Positions 10,216 to 18,911 of a stretch of 57,342 nucleotides of DNA are shown here, piece by piece. This DNA is from Bacteroidales bacterium. Its GTDB lineage: Bacteria > Bacteroidota > Bacteroidia > Bacteroidales > WCHB1-69. Under the pieces are notes generated by a model, which did not search any database, was not told the origin of the DNA, and worked only from the letters and a program-made list of their open reading frames with translations. Made by a program: the position numbers and the translations under genes. Where the stretch lies: assembly GCA_017964755.1 (NCBI GenBank), contig JAGCRI010000176.1, positions 1 through 57,342 on the forward strand. The letters run 5' to 3'. Each line of letters begins with the position of its first letter. Position 1 is the first letter of the stretch.

Positions 10216-10223
10216 TATCTTTG
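10216..10223 (+). promoter_or_regulatory. TAnnTTTG -7 box upstream of the FISUMP paralog gene
   Basis: TATCTTTG lies in the 105-nt gap after the GT2 gene. Confidence 0.4.
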
Positions 10224-10288
10224 CAGGCTTTTAAGATAGCAACAATCTTTGTTTATGAATAAATTTGTTCAATATAAATATTTTTAAC

Positions 10289-12502
10289 ATGAAAAGGATT
10301 TTTGTATTCGCGTGTTTTATTTTCTTAGCAATTACAGGATATTCTCAAAACACTTTTTTCACCTATCAGGCAGTGGTGCGTGATAACAACAATCATCTTA
10401 TTATTAACCAGACTGTTAGCGTCAGAATATCGCTTATTCGTGATACCCCTAATGGAACAGCTGATTATGTTGAAACACATTCGGCACAAACCAACGCTAA
10501 CGGACTTCTGACACTTATGGTCGGCAAAGGAAGTGTAGTCTCAGGAAACATGACAAACGTTGACTGGGGGAACCATATATATTATTTGAAAAATGAGGTG
10601 GATTTGAATGGTGGAAACAACTACGTAGTCAACAGTGTTCAGATTGTCCCCGCTGTTCCGTTTGCCCAATTTGCAGCAAGCAGCGACTATACTGAAACAC
10701 AAGTACTTAGCATTAGCAATGATACCATCTTCCTTAAAGGCGGCACTAACAGTTTTGTGAAACTTCCCATAACGGATATTCACATTCCTGACAGTATTTC
10801 TTCATATATAAACGATGTGGGTTATATCACGTCAGATTCAATTCCAACGAATATTTCGTTTTTCAACAACGATGCCGGTTATATCACTTCATACACCGAC
10901 TCGCAACAGTTAAGCATTTCCGGCGACACATTGAAACTTGAGCGCGGCGGCAGTGTCGTGTTAGCATCATCGTGCTGCACTTTGGTTGACAGCCTCAACT
11001 GGAAACTCGACAGCTTAAACAATGGTATGGACAGTCTGGCCAACGTGATTGCAACTTTGGAATCAATAGTTTGCATGCCGCAGGTCATCACAGGCAATAT
11101 TACTTCAACTCACAATGACACAGCCGTTTGTGGAGGAAGTGTAACATCTTATTGTGGTGTTGAGGTTTCAGACAGAGGCGTTTGCTGGAACACAACAGGA
11201 ACCGCTGACATTTCGGGAAACCATACTTCTGACGGAAACGGAACAGGTGATTTCGTGAGCATAATATCAGGGCTTGTCCCGAATACAACATATTACATAA
11301 GGGCTTATCTAATCAGCGGGAATGACATAGTTTATGGTAACGAAATACAATTTTCAATAAAAATTGACGCCGCAGCTGCTGCTGTAACAACCGCAGCCGT
11401 GAGCAGCATCACAAACAATTCTGCCGTTTCAGGCGGAAACGCCACCGCTGACGGCGGGTCAAGCATAACAAAACGCGGTGTATGCTGGAGCACTTCGCAC
11501 AACCCGACTGTTGCTGATGACCGCACCGCCGACAGTCTCGGATTAGGAAGTTTCACAAGCAAACTTACGGGACTGGCTCCGCAGACAACATATTACGTAA
11601 GGGCATACGCTGTCAATAGCAACGGCATCGCCTACGGTGAGGAAAAATCCTTTACAACCAACGGCCCTTGCAACGGAGAATCTTCAGTAACTGATATTGA
11701 CAATAACGAATACGAAATTGTGGCTATCGGTTCACAATGCTGGATGAAAGAGAATTTGAGAACTATTACCCAACCGGATGGAGGTGGAATGACGGAAGGA
11801 TATTATGAGGAAGACTGCGGTTGGGAGGAGGCACCAGGTTATTATTATCGAATTGATGAATATGGTGAAGAGGTAACCTATGGGGAAGATTGGGAAGACT
11901 GGTGGAATGACGAAGGGTACGAGATGTTTTGGCAAGACCCTGTCTGGCACGATGAATGGTGCCCTACATATATGTATTTTGGGGTTGATATGTGGGGAAG
12001 TTATTATTGTAATGATGCATTTTATTGTTACCCTGATAACAATGACCAAGGCTCCGCTGACACGTACGGAGTATTATACAATTGGGTAGCAGCTATGAAT
12101 AGTGGCTCAAAAGAGGGGGCTCAGGGAATTTGTCCTAACGGATGGCATATTCCAACACAAGCCGAATACAACACGTTGATTTCATACGTAAGCAGCACAA
12201 GCAGTTGCAGCGGCACAGCCACATACACGGCAAAGGCTTTGGCCTCACAAGACGATTGGGATTCAAGTTCTAATGCTTGTGCAGTGGGCAATAATTTGGG
12301 CGATAACAATGCTTCAGGATTTTCAGCCGAACCTGCTGGCTGCGCGGGATGTACAATAGGGAATGCTGTATCATATTGGCTTTCAACGGAATCAAAATAT
12401 TACCAACCATATTATTTCAGCTTGTACTATGATAGAGCAACTATACAATATGGTACAACAAGTCGTGATCAGTATCATTCTGTCCGTTGTATAAAAGACT
12501 AA
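10289..12502 (+). CDS. Secreted surface protein with a conserved N-domain, tail-fibre-like NDxGYIT motifs, two Fn3-like repeats and a C-terminal FISUMP domain carrying a large acidic/aromatic insertion
   Basis: The signal peptide is MKRIFVFACFIFLAITGYSQ. RGVCW...TTYY(I/V)RAY repeats occur twice. The FISUMP signature is VTDIDNNEYEIVAIGSQCWMKENL ... YGVLYNW ... GICPNGWHIPTQAEY ... VRCIKD. Confidence 0.8.
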   Translation: MKRIFVFACFIFLAITGYSQNTFFTYQAVVRDNNNHLIINQTVSVRISLIRDTPNGTADYVETHSAQTNANGLLTLMVGKGSVVSGNMTNVDWGNHIYYLKNEVDLNGGNNYVVNSVQIVPAVPFAQFAASSDYTETQVLSISNDTIFLKGGTNSFVKLPITDIHIPDSISSYINDVGYITSDSIPTNISFFNNDAGYITSYTDSQQLSISGDTLKLERGGSVVLASSCCTLVDSLNWKLDSLNNGMDSLANVIATLESIVCMPQVITGNITSTHNDTAVCGGSVTSYCGVEVSDRGVCWNTTGTADISGNHTSDGNGTGDFVSIISGLVPNTTYYIRAYLISGNDIVYGNEIQFSIKIDAAAAAVTTAAVSSITNNSAVSGGNATADGGSSITKRGVCWSTSHNPTVADDRTADSLGLGSFTSKLTGLAPQTTYYVRAYAVNSNGIAYGEEKSFTTNGPCNGESSVTDIDNNEYEIVAIGSQCWMKENLRTITQPDGGGMTEGYYEEDCGWEEAPGYYYRIDEYGEEVTYGEDWEDWWNDEGYEMFWQDPVWHDEWCPTYMYFGVDMWGSYYCNDAFYCYPDNNDQGSADTYGVLYNWVAAMNSGSKEGAQGICPNGWHIPTQAEYNTLISYVSSTSSCSGTATYTAKALASQDDWDSSSNACAVGNNLGDNNASGFSAEPAGCAGCTIGNAVSYWLSTESKYYQPYYFSLYYDRATIQYGTTSRDQYHSVRCIKD

Positions 12503-12542
12503 CAGCAATGATAAATGGGTAATGATTAATGAATAATGGACG

Positions 12543-13625
12543 ATGAAAAGGATATTAATTATAGTTTGTATATTTGTTTCTGCGTTATCACTAATAGCGC
12601 AGAATAACAGCTTTTCGTATCAGGCTGTGGTGCGCGACAGCAACAATTATCTCGTCTTGAACCAAACTGTCGGTGTAAAAATCTCATTCCTGCGAGATTT
12701 TCCTAACGGTGTAGCGGAATACATTGAAACCCATACTGCCCAAACTAACGACAACGGCCTTATCACATTGTTGGTAGGAAAGGGAAATGTAATTTCGGGC
12801 AGCATGACAAATTTGGATTTGGCAAATCACGTTTATTACCTTAAAAGCGAGTTTGATATTTATGGAGGGACAAATTATGCTATTAAAGACATACAGATGA
12901 TATATGGTGTTCCCTTTGCACAACATTCCGCTAATACAAATTACACTGAAACACAGATAATTAGTATTAGCAATGACACCATTTTCCTCACAGGGGGCAC
13001 AAACAGTTTTGTAAAACTTCCTATTGCTGACATTCACATACCAGATTCTCTTTCTTCTTTTGTAAATGATGCCGGATATTTCACGTCAGATTCAATTCCT
13101 GCAAATGTTTCATTTTTCAATAATGATGCGGGATATATTGTTGCAGCGCCTGCTTCCCAGCAATTAAGCATTTCCGGTGACACGTTGAAACTTGAACGCA
13201 GTGGCAGCATTGTCATTCCTGCACCGTGCTGCTCATTGGCTGTCGCTATCAACAATCAGGCCGACAGTTTGCTGGGGGCTCTTGACAGTTTGAACGACAT
13301 AGCTTCCATGCTTTCGGCCATAGTTTGCCGTCCAAAAGCTGCCACCGCTACCGTAACCGCCATATCAACCGATTCAGCTGTTTGCGGAGGCTCTATAACT
13401 TCGCCGTGCGGATATACTATCACAGAAAGAGGCGTTTGTTGGAATACTTCAGGTAACGCTAATTTGACAGACAGTCACGCTTCTGACGGAAACGGAACAG
13501 GCAATTTCACGTATGCTCTCACAAATCTTACACCAAATACAACATATTATGTCAGGGCTTATGCAATTTGCGGTAATGATACTGTTTATGGAGAGGAAAG
13601 GGTATTTGTAACCAAAGCCCCATAA
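12543..13625 (+). CDS. Tandem paralog of the N-terminal 360 aa of the preceding gene, without a FISUMP domain
   Basis: It is collinear with 10289..12502 through the signal peptide, the YQAVVRD...TNxNGL domain, the IHIPDS..S..ND.GY.TSDSIP.N.SFFNNDAGYI block, QQLSISGDTLKLER and one Fn3-like repeat. It then stops. Confidence 0.8.
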   Translation: MKRILIIVCIFVSALSLIAQNNSFSYQAVVRDSNNYLVLNQTVGVKISFLRDFPNGVAEYIETHTAQTNDNGLITLLVGKGNVISGSMTNLDLANHVYYLKSEFDIYGGTNYAIKDIQMIYGVPFAQHSANTNYTETQIISISNDTIFLTGGTNSFVKLPIADIHIPDSLSSFVNDAGYFTSDSIPANVSFFNNDAGYIVAAPASQQLSISGDTLKLERSGSIVIPAPCCSLAVAINNQADSLLGALDSLNDIASMLSAIVCRPKAATATVTAISTDSAVCGGSITSPCGYTITERGVCWNTSGNANLTDSHASDGNGTGNFTYALTNLTPNTTYYVRAYAICGNDTVYGEERVFVTKAP

Positions 13626-13698
13626 TGAATAATCTTTAAGAATAGAAGAAATACGCTAACTCTGACAGTTCCTCGCGGCTGTATTTTGAGATTTTGTG

Positions 13699-13706
13699 TA
13701 CTTTTG
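13699..13706 (+). promoter_or_regulatory. TAnnTTTG -7 box
   Basis: TACTTTTG lies 19 nt upstream of the ATG at 13725. Confidence 0.45.
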
Positions 13707-13724
13707 CATTTTTCAATCTAAAAA

Positions 13725-15194
13725 ATGGAAGACTCTTCTAACATAAAGCAGAAGACACAGCGCGGTCTGTTATGGAACATGCTCGAAAGAATCGGGGTGT
13801 ACGCCATTCAGTTTTCCGTTACTATCTACATCGCCCGTATCCTCGACCCGCACGATTTCGGGCTTATTGCTATGCTCGCCCTCTTCACCCAACTCTCCAC
13901 AATATTCATCGACAGCGGCTTCTCACGCGCTCTTATCCAGAAAAAGGACCGGACTGAAACAGATTTTTCAACCATTTTCTTCTTTAATCTTGCCATAAGC
14001 ATACTTATCTACCTTATTCTTTTCTTTTCCGCTCCCATAATAGCCGGTTATTATGAGGAGCCGCAACTTATCCCGATTTCGAGAATATTGTTTATCAATT
14101 TCATTATCAGCGCGTTCAATATCGTGCCAATGGCGAAATTGTCGATTGCTGTCGATTTCAAGACACGCGCCATAATAACAACAATAGCCACCTTGTTCAG
14201 CTATGCGGCTGGCTTCGTCATGGCAATTTCGGGCTGCGGCGTCTGGACACTTGTCTTCCTCAACATCTCGAATACGGCAATGACAACACTGCTTCTTATA
14301 ATAAAATTGAGATGGAAACCTGCCCTGACATTTTCAAAGGAGTCGTTCAAACAAATGTTCAATTATGGCTGGAAATTGTTGATGGCAAGCATTATATCTG
14401 CTGTAAGCACAAAGATATATTTTATGGTGATTGGCAAGAAATTCACCACTGATGATGTCGGATATTACGACAAGGGCGAGCGCATGCCAACTTTTGTTTC
14501 AGGCTCGCTGATGACTGTCCTGCAGAATGTGAGTTTCCCGATAATGTCTGAAATGCAGAATGATGACCAGCGATTGAACAGTTATTACCGCAAGCTGATA
14601 AGATTATGTGTTTTTTGCGTTTTCCCTTGTATGATAGGGTTTGCATTGTTGGCTGAGCCGCTGACACGTTACCTGCTTACCGAAAAATGGCTGCCTGCAG
14701 TGCCTTTAGTACAATGGTTCTGCATCTCATACCTTTTCATGCCGCTCTGCTCGCTCAACACAAACTATCTCAACGCAAAAGGCGACTCCGATATGACATT
14801 ACTCATAGAATGTATAAAACTGCCTATAGGATTAGCTATACTGTTTGCCTCACTGCAATGGGGAGTACTCGGTATTGTGGTCGGGCGCGCTATAAACTCC
14901 TTTATAGGCTTTTTCGTGAACGCCTATTTTCCCGGACGGATGTCAGGCTACACACCATGGAAGCAGCTTAAAGAGATGGTGCCCACTATGCTGGCAACAG
15001 CATGTATGGCGGCAGCTGTTTGGCCTATAGTCCATTTTCTGCCAAACTCTTACGACATTGTCAAAATATTGTCCGCACCCGTTGTGGGCGGCGGCGTCTA
15101 TTACGGTGTGTCTCTCCTGCTCCGTATTGATGAAGTGAAGGATATGAACGGAATTGTCTCCACATACTTGAAGAAAGCATTCCATAAAAACTGA
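13725..15194 (+). CDS. Polysaccharide biosynthesis protein / flippase (MOP superfamily, second Wzx-like gene)
   Basis: The protein is 489 aa and polytopic. The N-terminal GLLWNMLERIGVYAIQFSVTIYIARIL and the FGLI pattern are typical of Polysacc_synt family exporters. Confidence 0.75.
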   Translation: MEDSSNIKQKTQRGLLWNMLERIGVYAIQFSVTIYIARILDPHDFGLIAMLALFTQLSTIFIDSGFSRALIQKKDRTETDFSTIFFFNLAISILIYLILFFSAPIIAGYYEEPQLIPISRILFINFIISAFNIVPMAKLSIAVDFKTRAIITTIATLFSYAAGFVMAISGCGVWTLVFLNISNTAMTTLLLIIKLRWKPALTFSKESFKQMFNYGWKLLMASIISAVSTKIYFMVIGKKFTTDDVGYYDKGERMPTFVSGSLMTVLQNVSFPIMSEMQNDDQRLNSYYRKLIRLCVFCVFPCMIGFALLAEPLTRYLLTEKWLPAVPLVQWFCISYLFMPLCSLNTNYLNAKGDSDMTLLIECIKLPIGLAILFASLQWGVLGIVVGRAINSFIGFFVNAYFPGRMSGYTPWKQLKEMVPTMLATACMAAAVWPIVHFLPNSYDIVKILSAPVVGGGVYYGVSLLLRIDEVKDMNGIVSTYLKKAFHKN

Positions 15195-15199
15195 AAAAA

Positions 15200-15832
15200 C
15201 TACAATTTCAGATAATAGCCAAGTCCTGCGGTATGTTGCGCATTCGGCTTCGAGGCAAAGGAGTTGTACATATAGAAAATGTCAATTGAACTGTATTTTG
15301 CGAATGAAATCTCCGTACCAACGAAATATTGTGTCATATTCCATTTGCTCCACGAAAATATTTCAAGCGAAAGATACGGTGTGAAACGGCCGGCTTTGTA
15401 TTGTGCCCGCAGGAAAGAACGAATCACATTGGAAAATTTTCTTGTATTCTGATTATATGCAAGCATATATCTTTCCCTCACCGAAACAGAGAGGTTTTCA
15501 CGGGTCAGGGTGCCTGTGACGGAAACGAGAAAATCGTGGCGGAGTGCCATATCCGACAACAGCATAATGTCGTAGGCGACGTCTATTTTAAGCCACTTAA
15601 GAGGCTGGTACCCAAAAGTGGGGCGCAAATACGAAATATCCATCCGCCGGCAGAACTCTTTTGTACGGAATTCGCCGCGAAAACCAATGTAGAGACCGTT
15701 TTCCCATTTCTTGTTCAACTGGAACACTGTCCATGTCCCAAAATCGTCCTTGTCGCTTTCCTGAGAAAATATTTGGTTTTGAAAACTGATATAAAATGTT
15801 ATAACTAAGCAGATTATTAATTTCTTTACCAT
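15200..15832 (-). CDS. DUF2490-like outer-membrane beta-barrel protein
   Basis: It has a signal peptide and alternating amphipathic strands with an aromatic-rich C-terminus (GLGYYLKL). Its size and the FGTW motif resemble DUF2490. A minus-strand -7 box TATTTTTG lies at 15875-15882. Confidence 0.5.
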   Translation of the reverse strand: MVKKLIICLVITFYISFQNQIFSQESDKDDFGTWTVFQLNKKWENGLYIGFRGEFRTKEFCRRMDISYLRPTFGYQPLKWLKIDVAYDIMLLSDMALRHDFLVSVTGTLTRENLSVSVRERYMLAYNQNTRKFSNVIRSFLRAQYKAGRFTPYLSLEIFSWSKWNMTQYFVGTEISFAKYSSIDIFYMYNSFASKPNAQHTAGLGYYLKL

Positions 15833-15972
15833 AAAATTGCAGCAGATGAAGAGTTATCCTTAAATTATGCTTGCAAAAATAATCAAATAAAAAACAACTC
15901 ATATTCTGCCAAATCAGTTTGACAAAAAAAGTTAAAAATACATTGTACCGCTGCTTGTAAGGAAAATTTTAC

Positions 15973-15980
15973 TATTTTTG
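15973..15980 (+). promoter_or_regulatory. TAnnTTTG -7 box for the T9SS cargo gene
   Basis: TATTTTTG lies 50 nt upstream of the ATG at 16030. Confidence 0.4.
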
Positions 15981-16029
15981 TAACTTGAAATAAAAAGAAA
16001 ACAATTATAAACCTTAAATCAATTTTATT

Positions 16030-18510
16030 ATGAAAAAAACATTATTACTTAGCATGCTGATGGCATTGGGATTCTTCTTTGCCAACGCACAGACTCTGCC
16101 AATCTATGATGATTGCTCGAGTTACCCGCTCTACACAATTAACCCTGCAGGGTACTGGAAATTCGTTGATGTTGATGCTGATTCAACCTATGGATTCCAA
16201 GGAATAACTTTCCCGAACAATTTCTGTCCGATGGCATTCATCTCTTTCGATTTTGAGGATGCAGGGACTTCCTACACTGTAGAATCTCCTTCCGGAAATC
16301 CTGTTTTGGCTTGTTTTGCCTCTACCCTTAAACACAGTACCGGGAATAATGACTGGCTCATAAGCCCACAACTTCCAAACAACGGCAACAAATACATCTT
16401 CTCTTTCTGGGCAGCAACCTATACTGACCAATATGGAGAAGAGAGATTTAATGTGTTCTATTCTACAACAGGTGATAATCCTTCTGATTTTACTATGGCA
16501 AACTGTCTGAATCTTCCATATACTGATGTTCCTGAAGATTGGACAAAATACACATACGAAGTCCCCGCTAACGCGAAATATGTTGCAATAAACTGTGTGT
16601 CAAAGGACAGGTTCATCTTTTTGGTAGATGACATCACCCTCAAAGAACTTTTCCACAAAAACCTGGAAGCATACGCACTCGGTGTTCCGGATTATTCATG
16701 CGAGTTGACCGACCAAGAGAAAATCCAAATTGGAATTGTAAACGAAGGTGTTGACACTGTTTATGAGTTTGACGTAGCTTATCAGATAAGCAATCATGCT
16801 CCAGTTGTTGAGCACGTGACAACAACTCTTCTCCCTGATTCATCTTACATCCACACATTCGCAACTTTGGCTGACCTCACATTCGCAATGGATGCTGATT
16901 CAATCCGCGGCTGGGTTGTTTTGCCAAATGATGAGTTCCTCGGAAACGACACAACAGCATGGTATGGCACTGGTGTTCCCGCGCCCGCAACTGTTACCTA
17001 CACCAACGACTTTGAAACTGAAGACCAATTGAAAGGCTGGTCAATTGTTGACGTTGACGAAGACGTTTACGGCTGGCACTACACAACAGAAGATAATGGC
17101 AACAAACTTTTCTTCTGCCAAACATTCAACTCTACTCCTGTCAATGACTGGCTCTTCTCCTCATGCTTCGATCTTCAGGCAGGCGATTACACAATCGAAT
17201 TCCTTTACAAAGCTTATTCATCTATCTACACTGAAAAATTGAATGTTTATTATGGCACAACTCCTGATCCGGCTTCAATGCAGCTTATCGGCAGTGTTTC
17301 ATTCTCAAACGAGAACTTCAAGACCTTCTCACAGATATTCAATATTCCTGCTGACGGAATCTATTACATTGGCTTCAAAGGCGCAAGCGCTGCTTCACAA
17401 GGCGACATCTACCTTGACAATGTCCTTCTTAAACTTGCTGAGAAAAACGACATCGCTGTTGTTGCACACGGCGTTCCCGCTCTCAGCTGCGAACTGACAG
17501 GCGCTGAAACAATCAAAATGACCGTCAAAAACACTGGCGTAAGCGAAATCACAGCTTTCAATGCTTACTATCAGGTTGGCAACGGAACTCCTGTTGTTGA
17601 GTCTGTTACTGAAACTATCGCTTCAGGTGCAGAATATGAATACACATTCACCACATCGGCTGACCTCACTGTTCCCGCAATCGCAACTGTAACCCTCTGG
17701 GCTGAACTCGCAAACGACAACAATGCTGACAACGATACTATTACAGCTGAAACCGGCTTGGTCGCTTCTGTCACATCATACCCATACGAAAACAAATTCA
17801 CTACAGAAGCTGACATCCTCAACTGGAGCACACTCAATGGTCTGAACAATGAATGCTATTGGAAAATAAACACTAGCGGATATTGGTATCACATTGGCAA
17901 TCTTTATTATGCATCAATGCCAGAATACTCATACTATACAGGTGGTGAAGACTTCCTCGTATCTTCATGCTTGGATTTCCAAGCTGCGAAACAATACGAG
18001 TTATCATTCGATTATGCTGTTTATGACCCTGATCTCACCTCAAGCATGAAAATCTACATCGGCAAGAAAGTCAGTGACAACCCCAATGACTATACTCTCC
18101 TTGACGAATTGACAATGTTCAATAACCAAGAATGGGCAACATACGATAATATATTCACAGTTCCCGAAGATGGCACATACTACATTGCTTTCTACGCTTA
18201 CAACAATCAGAGATCAATGTTCCTTGATAACTTCAAAATCAGCGACAATGTCGGTATTAACGACAATGAAAACGCTTCATCATTTGTCTCCCTCTATCCT
18301 AACCCCACAAAAGACATGGTTAATCTGAGAAGCAACGACAACATGTCAATGGTTAGCATTTATGACGTATTCGGCAAAAACATCGCCAATTATGAAGTTT
18401 CAGGCAACGAAGCGCAAATCAATGTTGCAAACCTCGCTTCTGGCTTGTACGTTGCTAAAATAGCTACAGAAAACGGTGTTGTTGTCAAGAAATTCAACGT
18501 TCAGAAATAA
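16030..18510 (+). CDS. T9SS-secreted modular surface protein with three cleaved-adhesin/choice-of-anchor-J-like domains, two Ig-like domains and a C-terminal sorting domain
   Basis: It has a signal peptide. The module GNNDWLISP...F(S/L)FW/Y...E(R/K)(F/L)NV(F/Y)Y(S/G)TT...(DD/DN)(I/V)(T/L)L occurs three times. The block LSCELTxxEKI/TIK..V.N.G occurs twice. The C-terminus LYPNPTKDMVNL...GLYVAKIATENGVVVKKFNVQK matches the Por/T9SS CTD (TIGR04183 type). Confidence 0.8.
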   Translation: MKKTLLLSMLMALGFFFANAQTLPIYDDCSSYPLYTINPAGYWKFVDVDADSTYGFQGITFPNNFCPMAFISFDFEDAGTSYTVESPSGNPVLACFASTLKHSTGNNDWLISPQLPNNGNKYIFSFWAATYTDQYGEERFNVFYSTTGDNPSDFTMANCLNLPYTDVPEDWTKYTYEVPANAKYVAINCVSKDRFIFLVDDITLKELFHKNLEAYALGVPDYSCELTDQEKIQIGIVNEGVDTVYEFDVAYQISNHAPVVEHVTTTLLPDSSYIHTFATLADLTFAMDADSIRGWVVLPNDEFLGNDTTAWYGTGVPAPATVTYTNDFETEDQLKGWSIVDVDEDVYGWHYTTEDNGNKLFFCQTFNSTPVNDWLFSSCFDLQAGDYTIEFLYKAYSSIYTEKLNVYYGTTPDPASMQLIGSVSFSNENFKTFSQIFNIPADGIYYIGFKGASAASQGDIYLDNVLLKLAEKNDIAVVAHGVPALSCELTGAETIKMTVKNTGVSEITAFNAYYQVGNGTPVVESVTETIASGAEYEYTFTTSADLTVPAIATVTLWAELANDNNADNDTITAETGLVASVTSYPYENKFTTEADILNWSTLNGLNNECYWKINTSGYWYHIGNLYYASMPEYSYYTGGEDFLVSSCLDFQAAKQYELSFDYAVYDPDLTSSMKIYIGKKVSDNPNDYTLLDELTMFNNQEWATYDNIFTVPEDGTYYIAFYAYNNQRSMFLDNFKISDNVGINDNENASSFVSLYPNPTKDMVNLRSNDNMSMVSIYDVFGKNIANYEVSGNEAQINVANLASGLYVAKIATENGVVVKKFNVQK

Positions 18511-18533
18511 TGACATTCATTTTCCCAATAATG

Positions 18534-18561
18534 GAAAAGGCCTCCTTGGTGAGGCCTTTTT
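18534..18561 (+). terminator. Rho-independent terminator of the T9SS cargo gene
   Basis: The perfect 10-bp stem AAAAGGCCTC/GAGGCCTTTT has a 6-nt loop (CTTGGT) and a T-run. It lies 24 nt after the stop codon. Confidence 0.8.
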
Positions 18562-18696
18562 TATTTGAAAACCAGACATTTAATAAATGTATATAGTATT
18601 TTGCGTAAATAATCACAAATATTAGTTATAGGAAAATGAAAAATACCGATAATTAGCTATTTGCCCGATACAAGCAACTCTCTATCTTTGCAACGT

Positions 18697-18797
18697 AAAA
18701 ACAAATAATGCCACTGCCATAATCCATATACAGGCTTTTATTGTTTTAAGGATAGTAATAATTGCGAAAAAGCGGCTTGCACAAGGCCGTTTTTTTG
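18697..18797 (+). ncRNA. Candidate roughly 100-nt small RNA (promoter box plus intrinsic terminator, no ORF)
   Basis: A TATCTTTG -7 box lies at 18683-18690. The hairpin CGGCTT-GCACA-AGGCCG at 18773-18789 is followed by T7 (18790-18796). Only a 4-codon ORF lies in between. The 5' end is inferred. Confidence 0.3.
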
Positions 18798-18855
18798 TAT
18801 TAAGAAAAATTTATAATTTTAAACCCAGAAATTGAAGAGGTGTTTTAATTTTGTA

Positions 18856-18863
18856 TATATTTG
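18856..18863 (+). promoter_or_regulatory. TAnnTTTG -7 box for the two-gene Panacea operon
   Basis: TATATTTG lies 48 nt upstream of the ATG at 18912 and downstream of the 18773-18797 terminator. Confidence 0.45.
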
Positions 18864-18911
18864 CAAGCAATACTTTTAAAAGAAAAACCTCATACAAAGT
18901 GATGTTTATTT

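Noticed and set aside
1998-12502. Diversity-generating retroelement (DGR) targeting the C-type-lectin-like FISUMP domains
   Set aside because: No reverse transcriptase or accessory (Avd) gene is in the window. I could find no template/variable repeat pair with adenine-specific mismatches. The three FISUMP C-termini differ throughout at the protein level rather than in a confined variable region.
3676-16029. Invertible (phase-variable) promoters as in Bacteroides capsule loci
   Set aside because: I saw no flanking inverted repeats around the promoter boxes at 3689, 10216, 13699 or 15973. No serine or tyrosine invertase and no UpxY/UpxZ genes are nearby.
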